The notes under the pieces are model-generated. The model did no database searches. It saw nothing but the letters and a program-made list of their open reading frames with translations, and had not been told where the DNA came from. Of a stretch of 64,000 nucleotides of DNA, positions 47,485-58,508 are shown piece after piece. Numbering within the stretch: the stretch's first letter is position 1; each line of letters starts with the position of its first letter. Origin of the DNA: the human T2T-CHM13v2.0 reference genome, Homo sapiens; the NCBI RefSeq assembly GCF_009914755.1, contig NC_060928.1. One strand, 5' to 3'. The translations under genes were made by a program, and so were the position numbers.

Positions 47485-48822
47485 TACTATGGTTTCAATG
47501 TGTCCCAAAGGCTGTGTTACAAAGTTTATCCCCAATGCAATAGCATTGGGAGATGAGGCCTGATGAGAAGCAATCAGGTGACAAGGGCTCTCATCTCATA
47601 AATGGATTACTGTTGTTAGTGAAGAACTGGGTTAGTTATCAAGAAAGTAGATGTTTTATAAAAGCACGTTTGGCCCTCTTTTTAAGGTCTTGCTCTTACC
47701 CTTTCTCCTTTGTTGTGGGAAGTCAGGGACCCCAAATTGAGGTACTGGCTGGAGCCACGGCAGAAGAACATAAATTGTGAAGATTTCATTTTAATATGGA
47801 CATTTATCAGTTCCCAAATAATACTTTTATAATTTCTTATGCCTATGTTACTTGAATCTCTTAATCCTGTTACCTTCATAAGCAGAGGATGTACATCACC
47901 TCAGGACCACTGTGATAATTGTCTTAACTATATAAATTGTTTGTAAAACATGTGTGTTTGAACAATATGAAATCAGTGCACCTTGAAACAGAACAGAATA
48001 ACAGTGATTTTTAGGGAACAAGGGAAGACAACCGTAAGGTCTGACTGCCTGCAGGGTTGGGCAAAAAGAGCCATATTTTTCTTCTTGCAGAGAGCCTATA
48101 AACGGACTTGCAAGTAGGGAAGATATCGCTAAATTCTTTTCCTAGCAAGGAATATTAATATTAATACCCTGGGGAAGGAATGCATTCCTGGGGGGAGGTC
48201 TATAAATGGCCGCTCTGGGAATGTCTGTCCTATGCGGTTGGGATAAGGACTGAGATACGCCCTGGTCTCCTGCAGTACCCTCAGGCTTACTAGGGTGGGG
48301 AAAAACCCGGCCCTGGTAAATTTGTGGTCAGACCAGTTCTCTGCTCTTGAACCCTGTTTTCGGTTGTTTAAGATGTTTATCAAGATAATACGTGCACCAT
48401 TGAACATACACCCTTATCAGTAGTACTGTTTTTGCCCTTTGCCTTGTGATCTTTGTTGGACCCTTATCAGTAGTTCTCCTTTTTGCCCTTTGAAGCATGT
48501 GATCTACTCCCTGTACTTACACCCCCTCCCCTTTTGAAACCCTTAATAAAAAACTTGCTGGTTTGAGGCTCGGCTGGGTATCACGGTCCTACCGATATGT
48601 GATGTCACCCCTGGCAGCCCAGCTGTAAAATTCCTCCTCTGTACTCTTTCTCTTTATTTCTCAGCCAGCCAAAGCTGTGGAAAATAGAAAGAACCTGTGT
48701 TGAAATATTGGGGGCAGGTTCCCCCAATACTCCTTCCACCATCAGATGACATGAAGCCCTGCCCAAATCCCAGCACCTTGATATAAATCTTCCTAGCCTA
48801 CAGATCTGTGAGAAATAAATTT
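47485..48822 (+). mobile_element. MST-type MaLR LTR split by MER11
   Basis: tatggtttcaatgtgtccc (47485-47710) resumes at ccttccaccat..tgtgagaaataaattt (48730-48822). Confidence 0.75.
47711..48729 (+). mobile_element. MER11 (MER11A-like; HERV-K HML-8) solo LTR
   Basis: tgttgtgggaagtcagggacccc ... ggttcccccaata. 6-bp TSD ctcctt at 47705-47710 and 48730-48735. Confidence 0.93.
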
Positions 48823-49360
48823 AATCAAAGGATTTAAGTCAGAGACTCACTGATAATCTTTATTTTGATTTGTTTGTGAACAAGTAATTATAGGAATTGT
48901 CAAGCAATTAGCAAAGCCTTCATGGCCTATTTAAAGATGTAGACTTAATTTATTTTTTTTTAAGTTGTGGAGAAATGACTTTTTCCTTTTGAGAATTCTA
49001 TAAAATTTCAAGTTTTGAAATTGACGCTTGAAATGCATCCAGTATTTTCTCTAGATGTGCTTGGCATGCAAATTTTTTTAAAAGTATGTAAAACATCACT
49101 GTTCTCTGAAGAACAGCTAGCCTAATGACTTGAACACAGGTGGAGTGGATTCTCTGACTGAATATACTGCTATGTATAATGTTGTTTTTGTTCTTCTATA
49201 GCTTATCAAGTCAGATAATTTCTGTACTTTTACATTATGCAAGAGATGGGCCTGTTTTCTGCTAAGAATGTGGTATAAAATAAAAGCCAGAAATCTTATG
49301 AAGCTCATAAAAATTTGAGATTTAAATACACTCAAGCTAGGCAGTTGAAAATGATGGCAC

Positions 49361-49493
49361 AGGGCAACCCACTTGGGTCCCCTTCCATGCTGTGGAAGCT
49401 TTGTTCTTTTGCTCTCACAATAAACCTTGCTGCTGCTCACTCTTTGGGTCTGCACCGCCTTTATCATAAAAAAAAAAAAAAAAAAAAAAAAAA
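49361..49493 (+). mobile_element. Processed retrocopy of an LTR12/ERV9 RNA 3' end
   Basis: 107-nt LTR12-like segment with AATAAA (49419-49424), A26 tail, TSD aaatgat(g/a)gcac. Confidence 0.85.
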
Positions 49494-49784
49494 GGGAAAT
49501 GATAGCACTGCCAGAATAAGCCTTAGGGACTTCAGAAGTCCTCTGTAGTAACAGCGAATATCTAGAGAATATTAGATATTCGGAGAAATAAGCTAAGTAA
49601 TTTGTTGTGCTATAATGAGCAGAAGATTAGAGTCAAGAAGTCCTAGATTTGAATTATTATCATTAATAACTAGGATGAGGCTCCAAAAATTATCTGATTT
49701 CTCCAACTTTCAGCTTTTTTATCTTCAAAAAGTGGGGTTTGGAAACTAACTGAACCTAATGTGTTGGTTCATGCCACAATATAT

Positions 49785-50118
49785 AGTCACATGTTGCTTA
49801 ACATTATGAGAGATGAATTGTTAGGCAATTTTGCCATTGAGTGCACCTCATAGAGTATATTTACCTATACCTAGATGGTAAAATCTACCATACACCTAGG
49901 CTATTTGGTATAGCCTATCACTCCTAGATTACAAACCTGTGCAGCATGTTACTATCCTGAATATTGTAAGCAATTGTAACATGGTAAGTATGGGTGTATC
50001 TAAACATATCTAATTATAGAGAAAGCACAGTAAAAATACTGTATTATAATCTTTATAGAACCACAGTCATAGATGCAGTTCATCAGTGACTTAAACATCG
50101 CTATTCAGTGCGTGATTA
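49785..50118 (+). mobile_element. Tigger3a (MER7-like) DNA transposon
   Basis: cctagatggta..acacctaggctatttggtatagcctat core, agtca..tgatta termini, TA flanks. Confidence 0.85.
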
Positions 50119-50768
50119 TATATTCACAGTGTCTGGCACCACTGCTATATGATATGGTCCTGGCAGTGCTCAAGAAACATCAGTCTCCTTCACTTTGGCC
50201 TTCCTAAAGGGAATCCCATTCTTTGGTGCATTAGTATTAGTTTGGTTTGAGACTTTTTCACCAATATCTAGATATTTATCTCTGTTTTACAGGTAAACAA
50301 AGTGAATGATTGTAAGAGTTAACAGAATTTTCCAAGACAAACTATGATGTTTCAACCTTAGCCAGATTTGTTCAAAAAGTCATTCATGTCAAATAAAAAG
50401 AAAATGTTGGTCAAGTTCCCAAATGTTTTGAAACAAACTTACTTTATCATGTAAACACATTATATATCTGATACAAGAAATAATTCATTCTACTGAAAAC
50501 AAATGAATTACACCTTTCTGTTTTGTGTGTGAAGATTAAAATTTTAATGTGCAATGATTAGAAAAAATCTACTAGAAAGCTCTTGCTTCACCTGGAGCAA
50601 CTCTTCTTCACATCATGCACTGGAAGTAAATCTGACAACTATTTTATATAATTATAATTAATTATTTTTGTTATGTATAATAAATCTACAGAAGTAAAGG
50701 CAGAGCTACTTTTATATTAAAGTAGTTTATGATCATATGGGAAAAATATAATGACCTCAAATTCCATT

Positions 50769-50880
50769 CAAAGTAATCAGATTAATCAATCATAAAAGTA
50801 GCAAAATGAAAAAAATCTACCACAAGTTCCAAAGTAATCAGATTAATCAATCATAAAAGTATCAAAATGAGAAAGATCTA
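50769..50880. repeat. 51-bp direct duplication, period 61
   Basis: caaagtaatcagattaatcaatcataaaagta.caaaatga.aaa.atcta at 50769 and 50830. Confidence 0.93.
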
Positions 50881-51054
50881 TAGGTTAATTCTAAATATCT
50901 GTATTATTTTCAATTTATTCAAAGAAAAAAGTTATTTCTATAACAGAAAATAAAAACTTCCACAAGAAGAGCCTAAATAAAAGTGCAGTTTGTCTATGGA
51001 TTTATAAAGAGTTTGGTTCTAAAATAGCCCATAAGCCCTAGTTTTTTTATTTTT

Positions 51055-51112
51055 AATATAATGAAATATAATGAATATAATATAATGTATAATATAATAT
51101 AATATAATGTAA
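51055..51112. repeat. (TATAA)n simple repeat
   Basis: Directly visible. Confidence 0.8.
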
Positions 51113-52937
51113 TCAATGTAAATGTTTAACATTTTCTTTAAGTCTTGAAAAACATTTAGAAAATTTACCTTGACACTTCTGTTGTTAATGGTATTACAAT
51201 CAAATTATCTTTACATTCCTTCTAGGCCAAAGCAAATAAGGATTTAGGATTGTGAAAAGTTTTTATTAATTTTTTTTTCTTAACTTCGACCTTCGGCTTC
51301 CACTTATTTTTCAAATCGTGACATTCATCCTCAACCCTAAATTTTAAAGTATATCATTCTATATTAGATCTTGGCATTTAAAATACTAAAGAATGCACTC
51401 TTTAAACAAAATGATGTTCAAATATTGTTAATAATATTGAGGACTTCTTTTACATTCCTAGGTCTGAAATAAGATTTCAACTAGAAAAAAATAGGCTTAC
51501 TTATATAAGGTGAGTGTATGGATTAAATTACCTAGGAAATATGCAAATTATGATTTAGAGATAAAATTAAATAAGAACAAATTTAGATTAATATTCATTT
51601 AGTAGTGTATTTCTTTCCATTTACCATCACTAGGTACTGAGTAAATTCTATTGAAATCTGAATTGCAATAGTAATATTAATTTACAAAATGAATCAAGAA
51701 GTACAAGCATTTTATTTGGCAAAAGGATTATAAAGCAACACTTCTTTAAGTGTGTTTTATACAACAATGATCCCGCGGGTTCCAAGAAATATTCTGTGAA
51801 GAATATGAACAAATATGCATATTTCATATATTTGAAAGTCCTTCAACAAATAAAACATACACTTTTATTTAAACCAGATTGTTAGAAAATTATTTGGGAG
51901 ATGGTAAGGGTCATTTCATAAAATTTATTTTCATGAGATGTTTGAGAAAATTAAAATTATTCAGCATTAGCATTAATTCTTTAATGTTATATAATTGTTG
52001 TAAGCACATGCATGGAACTTTAGAATTAAATACACATATTTTTCAAAGAATTGTATCACACATAAAGCACAGAAGGCAAAACTACAGTTCTTAGAGGACT
52101 ACAAAGTCCAAAAGATTTCATGTTATTGACCACCATATGACACAGTGGTAAGACAAATACAATCAAATATAAATTAAGACTATGTATTTGGTTATCCTAT
52201 ATAATAGGATAAAATTTAAAATACAACATATATTGATGAATAAAATCGAAAATCAGAAACAAAAAAAATTATGACCTTGCTAAATATTGTGAAAATCAAG
52301 CAGCATTCACCATTAGTTTTACTTCTTTGTCAAAGAGAACAATAATACATTACAGGGATATTTCAGGCAGTTTGGCTTTTGCATAATGTATGGCATCATG
52401 TTATTCATCAGTGTGCATTCTTTGCCAATCAATGGGACAGTTTCCCATTGTGTAGTGGTGAAAACGAAGCCTGAATAACTAGAAATAAAAAACAAAGGAA
52501 AAAATGGATTTGTATAGAATATTTGTCAAAAAATACCAAGAAAATAATGTTTTATTTTTTAAGATAACATCTACGGTTTAAAGTCAGTTCTCATCCAATA
52601 TTCGGTTCTATAAGATACAGTATCCAGATCATCACCTCAAAAATTATTTTAACATCTCCTTAATGTCAGTGAAATTGAGAACAAAGACTGTCAAAATATT
52701 TTTCTTGTATGAAAAATGTATTTGAAGATTTTAAAGGTAACTAACTCTACAAATAGGAAACTTTGATTTTTTAAAATCTATCTTTAGTGTTTAGGCATGA
52801 TAAACTATACACTGCATTGTAATAACTGATCAAAACAAAGCTGACCTTAGAAAAGGAAAAATTCCTTTTAGCCAAATAGGTCTGGTGATTACCTTAGATA
52901 AGTTTCCCTTCAGATTTGCCACATTGCTTGATTTTAT

Positions 52938-53049
52938 ATTTTGCCAAAGTAACTGTGTTTCAATATTCCCATACAGGTATGTTCCAATATTCCCACCTGT
53001 ATATTTCCATACAGGTGGGAATATTGGAACACAGTTACTTTGGCAAAAT
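52938..53049. repeat. Nested inverted repeat (palindrome)
   Basis: Outer arms 52938-52971 / 53016-53049 match at 33/34. Inner arms 52980-53002 / 53009-53031 match at 23/23. Confidence 0.95.
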
Positions 53050-53591
53050 TCTAAGTTATGAATTTATGTAACTATTGCATAAAATATAAAGCCTGTTAAA
53101 AAATGTGCCATGTACCTTGCAAGTATAACTTGTATGTGGAGTGTGCTTATTTTTTCCTTAACATTAACATCTATTGTTATGCAATATAAAACAGCATTCC
53201 TTCCATTTTTTTTCCTAAAATCAATTTGGCAAAATCTACATGTATTATGGATAACTATAAAGCATTCACAGATTTCTATGTTTTTTTTCTTTCACTCTAT
53301 TTTAAATCTGAGCCAGTTTTTTCCTGGTCCTTTTGTGACTCCCCATACCATTGTGACAAAAAGACAGAACTCAGAGTGACTCCAATGACATTCAATTTTT
53401 TATTTCGTAATTTTGACTTTCAATTCATACCACCTTTTAATTTTTTCTCTTAAAAGGAAGATAATTCTTTTTCTTTCTACTGTTTTATTTTGTTGTTGTT
53501 GTTGTTTTACTGACATATGGCAATGCCTTTTTTTCCTGCTGGGAAAAAAGAGATTTTATTATTACAAATTTATGATACATAGATTTCATGA

Positions 53592-53690
53592 AATAACCTG
53601 GACAGCAAACCACCATGACAAAAGTTTATCTATATAACAAAACTACGTACCCCTGAATCTAAAATAAAGTTAAAAAACAGTAAATTTTAA
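53592..53690 (+). mobile_element. Very short L1 3' tip (older L1PA)
   Basis: caccatgaca..tttatctatataacaaaac..gtacccctgaatctaaaataaag, TSD atagatttcatga. Confidence 0.8.
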
Positions 53691-54344
53691 ATAGATTTCA
53701 TGACTCATAAATTCAATGACTCTTAGAAGATATATGTTTAAATTAATTTATAAAATACATTTATTTTACTTTAATGATTAACGTTTTTCATAAATTGTAA
53801 ACATAGCATTATCATTGGGTAGAACAATGAAGTTTGAAGGCCGAATATAACTACATAAATCTTACTGCAAACTAATATTAAGATGTTTCAAATATAGAGA
53901 AGCAGAAATGTAATGCTCTGGTCTTTCTTTTTTTTTTTTCTATTGTTTTCTTCCTTCTGAAAGACAGCAATTGATTCTTAAGTTGAACTGAAAATATCCA
54001 CATAAAAACATTACAGTGGAAGTTAATCATACTTAATTGTTTACTCCACCACTCTTAACCTTTAATTTGGCCAAAAGATCAATGTGCTCCAGATTGAAAC
54101 TAATTCTGAGTTCCTAAACTTGACCCCTAAAATGAAAACAAACATATACAGAACCATAGATTGAGAAATAAACTGTTATTCTTATAAATGAGGCAAGTAA
54201 TGCATAGAGGTCATGGAGAAACCACAGTGCTAATCAGGGCTGTCAGAAATAATTTAGGTGGTTTAGTATACAATATGAGATGTTCAGAGCAGTTTGAGGG
54301 TGAAAGAATATTGAGGAGAAAATGAAGTATAAAAATACCTTTGA

Positions 54345-55045
<701 letters not shown>

Positions 55046-55144
55046 AAACATTATTTTCATTGCTGAATGGTGCTCTTGAAATGGAGAACCATATGCAGTT
55101 AAAATAACATGTGGCTCAGGCTTATATTCAGAACATATAAAAAC

Positions 55145-55310
55145 AGCAAACATTTACTGAGTGTTCATCACTTTAAAACCAGGATGTAATGTAATACTCA
55201 GGGGATCTAACGTAACGTGATAATCATGAAGTTATATAACTTATCCAAGAAGACAATCTACTAAGCAACAGCTCTTGAATTTGAACCCAGGTCTGTCATA
55301 CTTGAAGCCT
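55145..55310 (-). mobile_element. MIR relic
   Basis: aacatttactgagtg; taacttatccaag; atttgaacccaggtctg. Confidence 0.6.
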
Positions 55311-55699
55311 TTTCATTTATTGCATGCCTCCTTTTCAACTGCATTTCTTTACAAGTTCATTAGGCATTCTAATTTATGCAAATGCTTTTAAAGAAGTACA
55401 TATAGATCAAGTCTGCATTGAATTCAGAATCTTCATTATCTCAGCTATACCAACTCTGCTTGGAAACTCTTATATGTTTGTTGCTTAGTTCTCTCCTCTC
55501 TGCCATTTCAAATTATTCCACCCATGTTAAGCATCACACTCTACCTTTTTTCCTCATTATCTGAAAATGGTTTTCATGATCAAGTAATGTTTCATCTTCC
55601 TTCCATCCCTCTGAGTCTTTTTCCTCTTTTGAGGGTTTTTCTTTGTTTTCATAAATCATATTATACTTCTAGCATAGGTGGTTTGTTTCTCATTCTAAG

Positions 55700-56360
55700 T
55701 ATCCTACTTGTGTGACATCACTATCACTCACGCTCTATCTCCAGCCCAGTCCTAAACCTGTGACCTCTCCTTCCAGGATCCTCATGTTCAAATGGAAAAA
55801 AAATTTAACCAAGTGTTCCAACCAAAAACTAAAAATTCTATACATTATCCTGTACCTTCTTGTCTTCGGATATTTAATCATAAATCCAACTTTACTCATT
55901 CAATCTCTTTTATATCTCTCGAGTCCAGTTCCATGACTATCCCAATACTTCTATTGGTAGGCCATGCTCTTCTCTCACATAGAGTAATAACTTATTGTTG
56001 ATTGGTGTTCCTGCTTCCTCATGTCCTCCTCTGCAGTTCATTCTTTATCCTACAGCCAGATTAATTTATTTTTAGACATAAATCATATCAGGTTATTGAG
56101 AAAACAAAAAACGATTGGGCAGTTTCATTCTTTGGGGGGAAAAATAAATTATTTAATGTTGTTTATTAGATTTTTCAAAATTTGACCCTACCATAACTTC
56201 TGAATTTCTCTACACTGTTCTAAGAGGAGAGCCTTAAGTAATCCTGAATATCTTCTAGTTTCTTCTCTGAGCTTTTGAACATAACTTCCTCTTTCTGAAA
56301 CACTATTTTCTTGCTTTATTCTTTTAACTTGCCTAAATTTCATTCATTCTCCTTGTCTGT
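55700..56360 (+). mobile_element. L2 remnant
   Basis: tggtgttcctgcttcc..cagccagatt..acataaatcatatca motifs. Confidence 0.55.
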
Positions 56361-56496
56361 AATTCTTAGAAGCCAATTCCCAAGGAGGCATTAATGGGGT
56401 ATTTTGAAAATAGGTTGTATATTAGTCTATAGTATATCAATGTTAAATTCCTTTGGTATGTGATGTTAGTCTTGTTGTATGAGAAAATGCCTTGTT

Positions 56497-56702
56497 CTGG
56501 GGTCTTCAAACTTTTCTGTAAATTACCCAAACATAAATATTTACAGTTTTATGTGCCACTTGTGTGACTACTTAAAGTCTGTTGTAGCACAAAAGTAGCC
56601 ACAAACGACACAGGAATATATGTACATGGCTTTGTTCCAATAAGATTATATTTACAAAAACAGATGGTGAGACACATTCAGCCTAGGTACAATAGTTTGC
56701 TA
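56497..56702 (+). mobile_element. MER58A-like hAT element
   Basis: gggtcttcaaacttttctgtaaa ... catggctttgttccaataa ... tagtttgct. Confidence 0.75.
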
Positions 56703-56844
56703 AAAGTGAAGCATTTAGGAAGGAAATAGCACTTTTCTACAACATCTACAAAATATTTTCCAATGCTTCACCCCACAAAAAATATACATATATATAGATC
56801 ATTATATGTGTGCGTGTGTGTGTATGCATACACATATACAAAAA

Positions 56845-57080
56845 CATTGAGCACTTGCTGTGTGCTAATCACTGAGGTAGGCACTCAACATGTATCAGCT
56901 CATTTAATCTTCAAGGTAATCTCATGAAATACTCCATTATCATTTACACTTAGCTTGTGAGAAAACAGCACAAACAAGCTAAATTAGTTTTTTGAAAGTA
57001 ACAGAATCAGTTAGTGGTAAGGCCAGGAGTTGAACTATGAGAATTTAATTCCAGGGTCTGGGGCATTAATGACTTGACTT
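56845..57080 (-). mobile_element. MIR
   Basis: attgagcacttgctgtgtgc; ctcatttaatcttc; agttagtggtaaggccagga. Confidence 0.7.
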
Positions 57081-58035
57081 CTCTAGGAACTATATCTAAA
57101 ATGTGATTTTTAAGCCTATCGTTTCTCTTTCTCAAGCTTTGTTTTATCTGAACTATACAATTGGGAATATACATGAAATTTATTTTTAGATTTGTTATTG
57201 CCACGTCATACACATTTTCTTTTTTGTCTTTAACTCATTTTAGCCTAAGCATCAGTAAAATAAAATGGAGGGGATGTGCATATAATGGCTTTTTTTTTAG
57301 CTCTTTTTGAGGTAAAATTGTATAATTTTATAAAAAGTTATTGCATCCTGACCCATTTACTGAGCTGAATGTGAATTAGGTTATCGCTGTTTAATGGACT
57401 GCATTCTCTGTAGATGCTCTTGCATTGCCCTTGTATTGAGCTCAGAGGAAAACATCAATTTCTTCCGATGTGACTGGTGGCTTATCAAGATTACTGTGCT
57501 TTCTTATGTGTTCTCTCACAAAATGCATGCTGATAGTTATGTTTAATCACTTTACTCAAGAGCACTAAAACTAATAGCCCTTGCTTTAAGCACATGAAAA
57601 ATCCATAGAGTCTTTTTAGAAACAGTGCATTACCTGGCATTCTGTTTGTAAGATAATATGAATTAATATTAGAAATGCCTACTCTTGGGGGCCCAAGGAG
57701 GGGAGAAATCTTTATCAATATCTAAGTGTATATTTGAGGTAAAGCTTCTGTCCAAACAGAAATTGTCAACTGTAGCCCAATTTCTTTCAGCTGTTAAACT
57801 GATTTAATGTATCAGTAGCATGAACTCATAAACTATTATGTTATCTAACACTATAAACTAAAAAATATTAAAGTATAATTAGGCAAATCAGTATTGTGTA
57901 GTATAAACATCTTAAATCCAGAGTTCTAGCCATGTAATAACTGAACAATTTTAAGTCTCTTATTTCCATTAGTTTTATCTTACTTTGATAATTTTCTTCA
58001 GAACATGCCTATGATACAAATAGAAACCTTATTGT

Positions 58036-58354
<319 letters not shown>

Positions 58355-58364
58355 CTATGAAATA

Positions 58365-58508
58365 TCCTTTAAGAAAAATTCTTCTTTTACATATCCTAAG
58401 AATAAACAAAAGAAATATTAAGGTTTTCTTTTCTTGTGTCCTTATGAAAAATTCTTGTACATATCCTAAGAATAAACAAAAGAAATATTAAGATTTTCTT
58501 CTCTCATG
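58365..58508. repeat. ~70-bp tandem duplication (2 copies)
   Basis: acatatcctaagaataaacaaaagaaatattaag at 58389 and 58459. Confidence 0.93.

Noticed and set aside
52320-52500. Minus-strand splice-acceptor-like site (ttttttatttctag) with a short open frame
   Set aside because: No convincing donor or recognisable protein, and it cannot be supported without transcript data.
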